A stretch of DNA of 64,000 nt from Octopus vulgaris (GCA_951406725.2 OX597814.1:147622001-147686000), one strand, 5' to 3'. Shown: positions 39,971 through 54,298, counted from the first letter of the stretch. Translations and numbers: made by a program. The notes: generated by a model from the letters alone, not told the origin.

Positions 39971-40758
39971 TATATACATATATATACATATATATATATG
40001 CATACTTATACAAATACACGCACACCTATATGTATATATTCATATGTACATACGTACATATATATGTACTTCTATATACATACATACACACGCCTACACA
40101 CACGTACACACACACACATATATATTAATATTTATTTTTATGTCTAGTTCTAATAAAAATAATGTAACATTTAACTGGAGAATTACTCAATACTGTTAAT
40201 GCTTTTTGATACAGAATATCAGAATATGATTATTAAACTTTTACAAGAGGATCAACAATGATTTCGAAGCTTCGATCTTATATATGTGTGTGTGTGTTTT
40301 TTGCGCGTGTGTATGCGTGTTTGTGTGCTTGCGCGTGTGTTTGTGTGTGTGTATGCTTGTGTGTGTGTGTTGTTTCGATCTCTTATGTCGAACCGCAAAA
40401 TTACTGAGACGTTCACACAATAACTCCGGTTGTGAAGCAGTGGTGGTGGGTTGCAAACATCAACACAAAGCGATGCACACGTAGATATATACATACGTAT
40501 ATACGGAGTGCTTCTTTCAGATGAACAAGTAGAAGGGTTTCTGTCTTACTCAGAACTGGCTGGTAACTTCATCTAAAACAAAATGCTGAAGTTGAAACTA
40601 TTACATCGTGGAAGACTATATTTAAGGTCACATACAGTTCTTTGTCGTCTTTTACATAAATAATAGTAACGACTAACTATGAAGTGTCGAAATGTAATTT
40701 GTCGAAATGTGACTGCTAATAATTGACACAAACCCACCGCATTATTTTGTTGCTTTCT

Positions 40759-40981
40759 AAGGCGGCGAGGTGGCAGAAATGTTAGCACGCCGGGCGAAAT
40801 GCTTAGTAGTATTTCGTCTGTCTTTACGTTCTGAGTTCAAATTCCGCCGAGGTCGACTTTGCCTTCCATTCATTCGGGGTCGATAAATTAAGTACCAATT
40901 GTGTACTGAGGTCGATCTAATCGAATGCCCCTCCCCACTAAAAAAAATTCGGGCTGTGTGCCTTGAGTAGAAAAGAATATT
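40759..40981 (+). mobile_element. Nin/Deu-like SINE, full length
   Basis: AGGCGGCGAGGTGGCAGAAATGTTAG head, GAGTTCAAATTCC B box, GCCTTCCATTCATTCGGGGTCGATAAATTAAGTACC domain, GAGTAGAAAAGAATATT tail. Confidence 0.9.
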
Positions 40982-41071
40982 AAACACTGATTATGGAAGT
41001 GTCGAAATGTAATTTTGAACTTGTGACACCTAATAATAAACACAAACCAACCGCATTACTTTATTGTTTTC

Positions 41072-41279
41072 TAAGGCAGCGAGCTGGCAGAAACGTTAGC
41101 ACGCTGTGTAAAATGCTTTGCGTTATTTCATCTGTCTTTACGTTCTGAGTTCAAGTTCCGCCTAGGTCGACTCGCCTTTCATCTTTTCGGGGTAGATTCC
41201 AGTTACGTACTGGGGGCGATCTAATCGACTGGTTCCCTCCCCCAAAATTTCGGGCCTTGTGCCTAGAGTAGAAAATATT
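41072..41279 (+). mobile_element. Nin/Deu-like SINE, full length (tandem partner)
   Basis: Same structure. ATTACTTTATTGTTTTCTA before and ATTATTTTATTGTTTTCTA after form a TSD. Confidence 0.9.
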
Positions 41280-41649
41280 ATTTTATTGTTTTCTATCATT
41301 GTACTAAGGTTAGAATCAAAATCTTGATTTCTTCAGTTGGCTGAAAGTCACATATACACTTGAGTATGGACGGATTGCACAATCGCTGGATGATAAAAAA
41401 AAATGCTCTTTGGTATTTAGTGATGAGCTGACTACCAACGACAAGATTAGCTTTTCTCTTACTTAGTCATAAGTCAAAAGGTATTGGGATGGGATTTGCC
41501 TTATCTATCGAGTATTGGTCTTGCCCTGGCAGTAAGATCTATGGAATGTTTTTTTCTGGCTCTCTCCAACCAAGGAGATTGACGTAATAAAGTAATCTTG
41601 ATTTAAGTGATTTCAAATTCCGCCGTACGTAATTCTTTGCACATATTTT

Positions 41650-41905
41650 ATTCTTTTATTCTATTTTCTTTTACTAGTTTCACCCATTTGACTGCGGCCA
41701 TGATGCATCACCGCCTTTAGTCGAACAAACAGACCCCAGGAGTTGTTCTTTATAAGCCTAGTACTTATGCTATCGGGTTCTTTTACCTAACTGCTAAGTT
41801 ACGGGGACATAAACACGCCAACATTTGGTTGTCAAACGATGGTAGGAGTGCAAACATAGACATACAAACACACACACACACATACTCACACACTACTATA
41901 TGTGT

Positions 41906-41949
<44 letters not shown>

Positions 41950-42106
41950 ATACGATGGACTTCTTTTAGTTTCCGTCTACCAAATCCACTCACAAGGCTT
42001 TGGTCGGCCCGAGTTTATAGCAGAAGACACTTGTTTAATGTGGCATGCGGTGAGACTGAACCCAGAACCATGTGGTTGGTAAGCAAACTACTTACCACAT
42101 AGCCAT
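41650..42106 (-). mobile_element. CORE-like SINE with internal microsatellite
   Basis: Reverse complement of the 52333-52830 copy. Confidence 0.9.
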
Positions 42107-42133
42107 TGCAGTAATAAACACTATATTTTCGTA

Positions 42134-42250
42134 CGACTTTGCCTTTCATCCTTTCGAGGTCGATAAAATAAATACCATTTAAGAACTAGGTTCAATCCAA
42201 TTAATTTATCCTGTACTCTGATAGTGCTGGCATTGTGCAAAAATTTAAAA
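42134..42250 (+). mobile_element. Nin/Deu-like SINE 3' fragment
   Basis: CGACTTTGCCTTTCATCCTTTCGAGGTCGATAAAATAAATACC. Confidence 0.75.
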
Positions 42251-42443
42251 CATTTTTAAGTTGGGCAGTATTATTGCATGAATTTCTTTTAGCCAATTCA
42301 ATTTGATGTCTTCTCTTCCACATATACGTTTCGTATACACAATAAAAATAGTTGATGCAGCTGCTTATGCTTGGGTTTCTAACAGTTCAGCATACTTCGC
42401 TTTTATCAATCAGGAAAATTTCGGTATTGGGCCTCATAATATT

Positions 42444-42803
42444 CTTTTCTACTCTAGGCACAAGGTCCGAAATTTTTGAGCAAAGGGCCAGTCAGTTAGA
42501 TTAACCTCAGTACGCAACTAGTTCCGAATTTATCGACCGCGAAATGATGAAAGGCAAAGTCGACTCCTGGCGCAATTTGAACTCCGAACGTAAAGACAAA
42601 CGAAATACCTATTTCTTTACTAACCACAAGGCGCTAAACACAGAGGGGACAAACAAGGACAGACAAGGATTACATCAACCGCAGTGCGTAACTAGTACTT
42701 AATTTATCGACCCCGAAAGGATGAAAGGCAAAGTCGACCTCGGCAGACGAAATACCGCTAAGCATTTCAACTGGCATGCTAACGTTTCTGCCATCTCGCC
42801 GCC
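42444..42803 (-). mobile_element. Composite Nin/Deu-like SINE (head, domain, tail B, partial head, domain, tail A)
   Basis: Two ATTTATCGACC...GATGAAAGGCAAAGTCGAC domains. GCCTCATAATATT flanks it at 42431-42443 and 42801-42813. Confidence 0.85.
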
Positions 42804-43484
42804 TCATAATATTGTCGGTGAGGACAGGCGGTTTTTATTGGATGCATGATTAATAACATTGCTTTGTGAGTAAAATCAACAGAAAATTGGATCTCATCCA
42901 TTCAAGAATTTCGGATGAATCTACATCGCGCAAGTAATGCAGAATAGGCCTGCAGCATCAAACTTCCTCAATCACCAAATATCACATATTAGACGAGGTT
43001 TCAAGTACTGAAACCTAACGGTGGTGCACAGGCGTGACCACAGCTCTCGAGCTGAAACTAGTAAAGAAAATGAAAATGTCTGTTCAGAATAAGGTACTGA
43101 TGGAATTATAAGCGTTGGGCAAGACAGCTTGATCCAGCTCTATGCTTCTGGTTTCAAATTCCATGTTTTTTGACAGGAAGTACACTTCAAAAATCAGCTT
43201 ATGGCTGTAAGCTTTTGATATCAAACGAAACGTTGTTCGTTTGAAGAAACAACTGGTGCATTATCACATGCACCAATGCAAATAATTGAATCTGTACTAC
43301 AAGCGAATCAAGATTTAAGACAGAAACATATTCACATGTATATACCTTGGGCTATTTTTTATTTATTTATTTTTTTGTACATATAACTGAGAATGCGTTT
43401 GCCGAGAACGTATTAATGTATACGTATATACATACATACAATTGCTTCGAAACCTCCAGCTTCTATACCAAGATTATAAATTCA

Positions 43485-43760
43485 CCTGATAAACCAGTAA
43501 TAATTGGAGCACTTGGATTTTTGCGTGAATGTCAAAGTGACAATCTGAATAAGCTACAGATTTCAGAAAAAGAAATCAACCAACTAACTCCCGCAATACG
43601 GATGCAATCTGTAAGTGGAAAAGTAAGTATATGCAAGACTTTTATGAAATTTGAAATGTAACATTGATTTTGTTACCTACATTCAGAAGATTGAGCTTTG
43701 TATCTTTGCTAGAAACCAGCTTCTTCAGAGAGAGAATTTGAATAATTGAAAACAGAAGAT
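43485..43760 (+). mobile_element. 3' end of a restriction-like-endonuclease non-LTR element (R4/Dong/NeSL group)
   Basis: PVIIGALGFL...DNLNKLQISEKEINQL...MQSVSGKVSICKTFMKFEM* resembles the RLE C-terminal PIIIGALG...KICKTF signature. Flanked by TACA-type repeats. Confidence 0.72.
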
Positions 43761-43960
43761 ATACAAACATATACACATGTGTGTATGTGTGTGCTTTCTG
43801 GCCCACATAAGAACAAACAAAATATATACATACATGCACACACACAGATACACACGGACACACACACACACACACATATATATGCATATATATACGCATA
43901 TCCATACACAAAAGACAGTCATTGGGAAAGATATGTGGTTTCCGGCACAAATACAAGCAA

Positions 43961-44011
<51 letters not shown>

Positions 44012-44356
44012 CGTCAATTTCTATTACTGCAAGCAATCGTATATCATCTTTCCATTTGGCTCCACTATGTTTATGCTTAAATGATTTCATATTTTCATTT
44101 ACTTCCATACTTGTGTGTGTATATATATATGTATTCCATAAAACTACATATGAGTGTGTGTGTCCGCATTAGTGCATTTATCTATGTGCATGTATATATT
44201 GTAAGTGTGTATTTAAGTACGTACAGAAAGGGACTGAATGAGAGATATGTGTATATGTGCTTGTTTGTGTATGTGTAAATTATGCGAGTGTGTGTCTGTT
44301 CGTGTTTGTGCGTGTGAGTGTATACGAGTGTGTGTGTGTGAGAGAGAGAGAGAGAA

Positions 44357-44402
<46 letters not shown>

Positions 44403-44480
44403 TGGAACAGAGAGGATTGCGCTAGTCAGCTTTTGTGTATGAAAGTATTGAACAAAATGTACATAGATCATTGTTTCAGA

Positions 44481-44529
<49 letters not shown>

Positions 44530-44977
44530 CAAATATCTTCAAGCAAGTTTTTTTTGTAAATTTACAAACACTTCGCATCACATGAACTTTTCACGCATAA
44601 ACCAACAGCCAATCTTATAGAGATTTAAATAGAGGGCAGAGTTTGCAGTAAAATCAATAGGCGGTCAAAACTTACATACTCTTATCACGCCAAGAACATC
44701 TTATTTAATTAACACTTTACCAACGAATCACAGTAGCAGAAAGATTGAGGTGCTATTTGCTATCATAATCCAAGGGTTGTATGTTAGCTCTTCCGCACAC
44801 TTGCTCTTACAAGATTTTCTTTCGATTTTATATGTATTTTTAATCATACACATTCGTTGGAATAGTCACACACTTCCCCAATATTTATACCTACTAAGTC
44901 ACACACACGCGTAAATATACACTCACACACATATGTTTGTGTTTACATATATCTATATACGTATGTATGTGTGTGTA

Positions 44978-45029
<52 letters not shown>

Positions 45030-45537
45030 TAGGTGACTCGTGTGACTAGAGTTTCGCACATTGCTGATATTATATAATTTTACTGCGGAATAATATAAAT
45101 GTATATACTCTGAAATATTGTGTGCTATTTTCGGTTTGTTCACGAAATCCTATACGTAGTGTCGTGGAGAGGTTAAACAGTTCTCATGGTAATATTAAGA
45201 TCCCAGATTCGATTTCACTGCATGACAACTTGGTAAATATGGTCTACTACATTCCCGAGCTAGCTTAAGCCTTATTAATTAAACTGCAGACGTGAAATAT
45301 CTGAGAGGCCATTGAATGAACTGTAGCTATCATACAAGTGGCAGACCTTGTTATACACCCTTCTTACTGACAGTGACACTTGATTACATTACGTTTGCAA
45401 GTGACAATGGAATGCCGAGTGAATCATAGCATAACTAAATAGATAGTTCATCCAGTTGATAGAAAACCTAGAATACTAAGCTCTGAAACATATTAAGGCC
45501 GAATTTCTCTTACTCCATTCCGTAACTCTTGTACGTA

Positions 45538-45764
<227 letters not shown>

Positions 45765-45948
45765 CGTACAAGAGTTACGGAATGGAATAAGAAATATATA
45801 TGTAGGATCTGTTCAGTTTGGCGCACAGATTTTTTTATTAATTTTTTTAAACTAAACAGCTTGAAACTTGGTGTACTGGTGGAATTTCTCACACAGAACT
45901 CGTTTTACTTTGAACATTTTCATAAAATTTCGTACTTTAGAAGTTATT

Positions 45949-46756
45949 TCGTGTTAAAGTTGTCGTATTTAGGTAATTTTAGCATATCAACGGCGTGTAT
46001 TCAGTTGAAGACAACTACTGCTGTTTGTGATAGTAATCGAAGAGGAGCAACTTCCGGGTCATCTCTAGTAAATGTCACCACTCTGTTCTATTGGTATGTC
46101 GAGCGAAGACGATGCCACCATTATCCTTTCTTCCTTTCTCGTCAGCACCCTGCATTCCTTACTCTTTCCCTCCCTACTGGCAGACAACCACTGGCAACCA
46201 GAGAGTGAACTTGTTACTGCCACTACAATTACCGTATTTTCCGGTGAATAAGCCGCTATTTTTTATCAGGAAAATTTAGAGTGTAGCTTACGGCTACAGT
46301 ATATTTGGTGCCTGGAAGAAAACAAAGCATATTTTTTTTGTTTTAACTTCATGTTTTGATAATGTGATTTTGAATCTAAATAAAAACTTTTACATCGACG
46401 AAATGTGTTTGCTGTTGATTATAGAAAGATAAACTCATGACAATAACAATACATTTCTTAGTCGTAAAATAAGGCGTTGTGAAACTACATACACGTCAAC
46501 AGCAAAAAAATCTAGCTATGGACCCGTAGCTCTATATGTTTACTGGTTACTCTCACGCGAGAAGCAAAAAAGAAAAAAAGGTGTGTAATATGCAAAACAG
46601 GCAGTTAAAAAATAAAATAGAACAGAGTGGTTACATTTAGTGGAGATGACCCGGAAGTTGCTTCTCTTCGGTTATTATCGCAAAGAACAGTAGCTTTTTT
46701 CAACTGAACACAGGTCGATTGGCTAAAATTATCCAAATATGACAACTTTAACACGA
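45949..46756. mobile_element. Fold-back / MITE-like element with ~140-bp inverted arms, class unknown
   Basis: 45949-46092 (TCGTGTTAAAGTTGTC...GCAACTTCCGGGTCATCTC...ACTCTGTTCTATT) is inverted at 46616-46756. Confidence 0.75.
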
Positions 46757-47003
46757 GGGTGATCTGGATTAGGCATAGGATGTATACATCAACTAAGTCG
46801 GAGACCTGTGCAGTGTCAGAAGATTTCATCGCCATATCAAAGGCGTCGGTTGTATCAGCTCTGCACCCGAGTCTACCATTAAAATCTATCAATGTACCCC
46901 TAGCCACAAGGATTATATCAATCTCACTACCTGGATCTTACCATGAAATAAGGTTTCGATACTGCGTTTAACATTTATTTTCTTAACCCTAATTTGTAAC
47001 CTC

Positions 47004-47079
<76 letters not shown>

Positions 47080-47689
47080 ATGTATGTATGTATATGTATA
47101 TGCATATAATACATCCATATAAGGTATACGGCAGCTATTTGGGAATTAAACTTTCAAGAAGTATAAGTGGCTCACACTTTAACTAGATATCCTCTCGTTT
47201 TTGCCACCCCCAATATAGAAGCCTCGAATCTAATACAGACAATGAAAAAGCATGCCCTTCTCGTCGGTTAACCCCCCACCACGCTGATTCAGAGATTGCG
47301 ACTTGGTAGATAAATTGTCGTTCGCATAATCTGTTAGAAAATTCAGAATTGCTTATTCTGAAGAGAACATGGTACAATTCAACATGAAGTAGTTTATCAT
47401 TTAATGTGCAGAATGTCACTCGCGATATATTTACTTGCAATTAAATCGACTTCAATATATCTGCGAATGGTTCATAATGTGTATTCAGGTCAATATGGTC
47501 AAACATCTCATTTCTCTCAAACCGTTCAACCAAGCACACATACTCATGCTCGAACGCAAACACATACATAAACAAATTCACACAAATATATAAGGAAAAC
47601 AGCGTACAAACCTCTGCGTGTTCAATCAACCAACTAGAAATAGCAGTTCAATCGTACACATTGGATAATGATTTTCTGTATATACCTGC

Positions 47690-49590
47690 TCTCACTGAAC
47701 GACTTGAAGGCTGCAGACTAATAACAACAAATGTGTGGCGAAGAACTAATGGTGCTGCAGCAGGGGGCGGGGGTAGGATTAATAATTAATCATTAAAAAT
47801 TAATTGGCAGAGAATGCATTGGCCGAAGTAATACCAGTAAATGACAGAATAGTCACAGCCACGTTCAATGGCAAACCATCCAACACAATAGTTATTAACT
47901 ATGCACCCACAGTGGGAAGCAAAGATGCAGAGGAGCATTGCGTAACACAGATATACGTCATCAATGAAAAACCAAAACATCATGTTACCATAGAATACGT
48001 TTATTTTAATGTTCATTTTGGGTGAGGATGTAGTCCGCTACACATTCCATACGGAGACCAACAAGAATGGCCAGCTTCTCCTGGATCATGCGGCGGAATA
48101 TAATCTTCGCATCACTAGCACTCTGTTCAAGAAAAGGAAAGGAAAACAATGGACATTTATCTCCGACATGAATGGTAGCAAGTCCCAAATTGGTTACATA
48201 CTGATTAAGAAGAAATGGAAGAATTCTGTACACAATGTAGAAGCATATAACAGATTTAGCAGCTTAGTGGATGATCGTCGCTTAGCCAGACTATATCTTA
48301 GTCTACGTGCAAGCAAAACTCCTGCAAGAAAAAAATCTCACTATTGAAATAGCGAAATGCAGAACTTCAACAGCTTTATTTGGTTACAGTGCTGAACAGA
48401 TTAGCTGAACTATCCAACAACAGGGATACTGTTACAGAGCAATATGGCAAGCTTGTGCAATCAAATGAAGAAGCGGCAGCAAAACTGATATCGATAAAGA
48501 AGATGATGAAACGGAGACAGTTATCTGATGATACTTGGGTAGAAGAAGCACGCAGTGTGGTACATGAGGGATTCAGCAAATATCAAAAAACCAAAAAAAT
48601 GTCAACAACGGTACTAAACAAACTTTTCAAAGAAAGAAATAGGGTCTAAAACAGGTGCACCAAGAGATCCAAGAAGAGGAACTGGATGAAATGATCTCCC
48701 AGGTCAAAAATGCAGACGCAAAATAGTAAGCACGGAGAAAGCTGAAAGCTGATTAACTCCATCGCTGGTCGTAAAGCTGCAAAGCTGCAAAGCTAGGAAT
48801 CATCAAAGAGAAATCAAAGGATGAGAGAATCAATAAGTGGTACACTCATTTTTACAGCTTACTTGGGATGTTGACAGTGAAACAGAAAATGAAGAATTTG
48901 CAAAGATACTGGACGGTTTGCAAATCGAAGATGGAGACTTCACAAAACAAGAAATAGAAAGAGCTACAAGTAACCTGAAAGAATGAAAGAAAACTAGCCC
49001 TCACAACATCCTACCAGAAGTACTAAAAAGATGGGATTTGGATATCATCCTTGAATTTGAAAACAAACTACTAAATGACAATGTGAAGCCAGAACAATGG
49101 TCTGAGATAGACTTGCAAACTTGCTCAAAACTGGAGACCTAAGTGATACTAGGAATTACCGAGGGATCTGTCTGTCAATCATTGTTGCAAATATGGTGAA
49201 GAAAATGATACTTAACCAAATATAACCTAAGATAGACAAACAATTGCGACCAAATCAGAATGGATTCAGATCCGGACGGTCAACAATATCTCACATTGTC
49301 GCACTTAGAAGACTGATAGAGGGAGTTAAGAGACATAAATTGATAAAGGTATGGAGTTCAAAGTTAGCAAGGAAATTGAAAGTGAGGTTGTTTCTGGCAA
49401 CAGTGGAGTCTGTTCTTCTATACGGGGCTGAAACATGGACTAAAGCATTTGGACGGTTGTTACTTGAGGATGCTCGGAATGGCGCTTAATGTTTCCTGGA
49501 AAAATCATACAACAAACGCCGATTTATATCAGGGACTACCAAACGTAACATTGAAGATACAACATAGAAGGATGAAGCTAGCTGGACACT
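47690..49590 (+). mobile_element. Decayed RTE-clade LINE with internal deletion of the RT core
   Basis: APE remnants (NDRIVTATFNG, NYAPT, TNKNGQLLLD, SQIGYILI). RT N-part (LRPNQNGFRSGRSTISHIVALRRLIEGVK) is fused to the C-terminal part (LFLATVESVLLYGAETWT, RMLGMALNVSWKNH, RRMKLAGHC). Many stops and frameshifts. Confidence 0.92.
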
Positions 49591-51204
49591 GCATCATACA
49601 CACCATCTTCATTGTTTTAAAAATGAGAGTAAATGATTACTGTTAGAATGTTCCAGCTCATAGTTATGGTAAGTCATATAGACTTCACCTGATATTAAAC
49701 AATAACAAAAACAATAAATTGCAAACAAGTTCTTGATAGTATCGAACATCTAAGACAATTATAATCTGACGCCTACACTATTCTAATCCCAACAATTACT
49801 TTTGCCATACACTTATTCAAAAAGTGGACTATACTTCTTTATAACGTACATGTTGATTGGTCTCAGTTCTGTCCTGATTTAGCATACCTATGGTTAAAGA
49901 CATCTCGAATATGTTCATCCATCATAATCTCAAATGCAGGGCAATGTAGATCAACATGCATTGTGTATCTTTCACTCATTTAAAGATAATTGAGTTTGAT
50001 TTGGTTGGTCCTTCTAACAGAGTGTGTGACCAATACAAGCAGCTTGTCGATATAAGCAGGAGAGTATGTAAGAATCACCTACTTCGTATTTTCTCTAGAA
50101 CTCTTCATCTGAGCAAATATTAATATCTCTCTCTGTATAATCAAACTGCTTAGCGATTCGGTATTTTTTTCTTATAATTCCTAACTACTATAATTCATTT
50201 GCCAGAGAACCATCCAGTGTACTCTATACAATTGCTGTCTCTGCTAGAAAAAATATCCAAATTTACATCAAATCATACAGTACCAACTTGACAATTTATG
50301 CAACATTTCCATTCTATGAAAGCTTTCAAGAAGACAACATGACAATTAGAAGAGCGATGAAAAGAAAAACAACGAGTTATATAGTAGTTTTCATTTTATT
50401 TTTCAATATAATGATAGGTATAGGAAGTGATCAATCTCTTAAGAGCAACGAACATAAAATAAAATATTTCTATGTGGATGTCGCCCCACAAAACCTACGT
50501 TGGTAACCTATAAAAGACTTGAGCAGAAATAGATGAAAGACGAAATAAAGCAAGTAGAGACTATCTTTGACTACAAGGAATAATATTACAGGTGCAGTCT
50601 AATCAATAAAGTGTCAATTAAGTGTTCAGCTAATGTAAATGTCTTATATAATGTTAACGTTAGAGATGACTATTTGATGTAAAACTTTCGGGAATTTTAT
50701 TTTGATTATAGATTTACTCAAAACAGTAGGTGCATTTGGTCACAATTAGTCACTGTAATTTCCACTAGACTGCAGCTTTAAAACTAGAGACAATTAATTT
50801 CCTCTAGACTGAAGTTTTAACTACAGACTACCTACTGAAAACTACAGATTGTGCAGAGATAATATATAACTTCCCGTTATTTAAGTGTCTTAATTAATTC
50901 TGAAGAACAGGAGTGATAATAATAACGTTGAGTAAAAATTTGCATACATGTTTCCGATTTAGTCTAGACGCAGATTTTATTTTATTTTATTTTTTTAATG
51001 CCAAATAATGACGCATTAAACGGTGAATGTTGTAAGAATATAATGTTCTTTGCTGTGACTCTGTATTATCTGGGTGATATTGTGAGTTATATCTTATCGC
51101 CATCACTGCCGGTTAGAGTTAGAGAGGAACCGTCGTAACGTACGGTACCTCTTGGTCATTTCTTAAACTGGTGGAGCGCATCTCTTTCTATGATTGATCA
51201 AAGT

Positions 51205-51407
51205 CTTTTTCTTCTTCTGTTTCTTCTTCTTCTTCTTCTTCTTCTTCTTCTTCTTCTTCTTCGAGAGAGAGAGAGAGAGAGAGAGAGAAGAGAGACATAG
51301 TATGAGGAGGAGGAGGAGAAGAAGAAGAAGAAGAAGAAGAAGAAGAAGAAGAAGAAGAAGAAGAAGAAGAAGAAGAAGAAGAAGAAGACGATGATGAAAA
51401 TGACAAC

Positions 51408-51485
<78 letters not shown>

Positions 51486-51502
51486 GTTGGTGGTGGTGGT
51501 GG

Positions 51503-51562
<60 letters not shown>

Positions 51563-51602
51563 GGAGGAGGAGGAGGAGGAGGAGGAGTGGCAGCAGCAGC
51601 AG
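51205..51602. repeat. Compound (TTC)(AG)(GAA)(GAT)(GGT)(GAG) microsatellite
   Basis: Directly visible. Confidence 0.95.
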
Positions 51603-52332
51603 TCGATTTTGTTCTGAACTCAATCTGAACTCTTCCGGATTTTGAACTCAGAGCTCAGACAGCCAGAACCAATACCGAAAGAAAAACTTCCTTTCGATGC
51701 TCTAATGACTCTGCCCAGTTCAACGGTAGCATAAAAGCGTAATGTTTCGTTAGCTCCAAGTGTCCACTTCATTTGTTCATATGGGATAACTATTCATGCG
51801 ATTCGAGGTGGGATAGCGAAGGTTGATTGTACATAAATCTTAGCTGTTAAAATCAGAAAACATGTCCCTCAACGTAAGCAGTGTTTCGCTTACAGATCTT
51901 AGCGTCTAACTGAAATTTTATTGTGGCTTACAGCATTCATATATTGGAGGAGGAGAAAAGAAAGGAAATGCAGATTCAACAGCCCACATTACGTAAAACT
52001 ATACAATGGCACGGAAGTATATAAAACCAAAAGCGCTATTGTTTACGTTGCTCATGTTGATTATTTCTAAATCAGCGCTAACTGGATAGACTTGTGAAAC
52101 AAGTTCCAATTATGACTATAACATTATTTTCTAGGGATAGTGAATCTACGACTACTTAGTCCAATGTGTGTGCGTGTTTGCGTGTGTGCGTGTACGTGTG
52201 TGTGTTCGTGCGCGTGTATTTTAAGACAACATACTGAGATCAAATTAATGGAGATTTGATTTCTGTTATTTTCAAATCGAGACAACGTGTAACATGTTAT
52301 ACGTGATTAAAAGATACAAAACATACATTGCA

Positions 52333-52830
<498 letters not shown>

Positions 52831-52934
52831 AATATTTGGCCTGAAATAAAGACATAAGATCGTCAAATCAAGCTAGTGGATTAGTGTGATGCATGAACAG
52901 ACGTGTTAATTAAAAAATATTGTACGATATTGAA

Positions 52935-53140
52935 AGAATTGCTAGATATAGCAGCAAAATCCCTCTGAAATCTTTCCATGCGTTCTAAAATTAACGAAAA
53001 AAAAAAGAGAAAAGCAATAGAACACATTGTATAATATATTTCTAAATACAGAATATCATATAGAAAAGACAGGAGTGTTATAGCTGAAGGATGTTTGATC
53101 ATAGGTCAATTCCAGCTGTTCTGATCTGAGCCCAAGCAAC
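52935..53140 (+). repeat. Old dispersed repeat (TGCTAGAWATAGCAGCMAAATC motif family)
   Basis: Similar motifs at ~4440, 7730, 37065 and 50242, and inverted at ~945, 14055 and 23225. Confidence 0.5.
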
Positions 53141-53611
53141 AAAAATGACAACAACGACGACGACGACAACAGCACCACCACAACCACCAACCCCACCACC
53201 ATCAACAACAACAACAACAACAACATGATAGATAATAAATCCGTCTGATCCGTGTCATCACGAAAAGCTGCGCGTTCAACCAGTGATCATATTGTTTACG
53301 CATACAGTAATATAGATACGGGATTTTGATATGAAGAAGTATTCTTAACATGTTAATCTGGACTGAGTTCGTGTTAGGGAAATTTGCCGGCAACTGACGT
53401 CTAAAAAAATGCTTGCAAAGAATTTTGTTAATCTGACATGACACGTTCAACGTTTTGGGAAAGCAGAATATTAAAAAGAAATGATAAAAATTCAAGCCTT
53501 ACGTCAATGTCTCTTGTAGATCCGCATCACTTAAAACTGAACGATCGCTCTGAATACAAGTGGTAGGATTCGAGAAAGAAGTACGAATATGAATCACCTC
53601 AACCTACACAG

Positions 53612-53614
<3 letters not shown>

Positions 53615-53653
<39 letters not shown>

Positions 53654-53930
53654 TCCCTTCTCTGTTTTTTTCTTCTTCTTCTTCTTCATCATCATCGTTA
53701 TCATCATCATCGGCGTCATCATCATCACCACCATCTTCTCCTTCTCCTTCTTCTTCTTCTTCTTCTTCTTCTTCTTCTTCTTCTTCTTCTTCTTCTTCTT
53801 CTTCTTCTTCTTCATCATCGTTATCATCATCATCGTCGTCATAATCATCACCACCATCACCATCATCTTCTCCTTCTCCTTCTTCTTCTTCTTCTTCTTC
53901 TTCTTCTTCTTCTTCTTCTTCTTCTTCTCC
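53615..53930. repeat. (TA)n plus duplicated (TTC)n/(ATC)n block
   Basis: CATCATCGTTATCATCATCATC...CATCTTCTCCTTCTCC(TTC)n occurs twice. Confidence 0.9.
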
Positions 53931-54260
53931 ACCCCCTACCCCTTAAGTTTGTCACTAATGTTTTTTAGTATAACACCTACGCTAATTCTATAAACAATCC
54001 TGAATTGAACTGAGACTGCCAGCCGCCACTGACCATTCAAAATACGACCATCAGGGCACTCCCAGATTCTCCCACCCCCTTTCCTCACCAGCCTTCCCTC
54101 TACTACCCTACCAAGAACTCACAACTACCTCGAACACACAAGTGCAAACAAGGGAGTCAGAGAAAGGCAGAATGCCACTTAAATCTGAACACTACTATAG
54201 AAATATTCTTTTAAAAAAACTTTTCTTCTAATTTTTCTAAATTTAATTATTTAATCGTTA

Positions 54261-54298
54261 CAGTTGAAAAGGTCTCAAAATGACCGAAACCGGTACTG
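54261..54298 (+). ncRNA. Degenerate minimal type I hammerhead ribozyme in a putative Penelope 3' end (~53990-54350)
   Basis: CAG-TTGAAAA-GGTC-TCAAAAT-GACC-GAAA-CCG-GTA-CTG. All three stems present, core two mismatches from CTGAAGA, followed by (TA)n. Confidence 0.68.
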
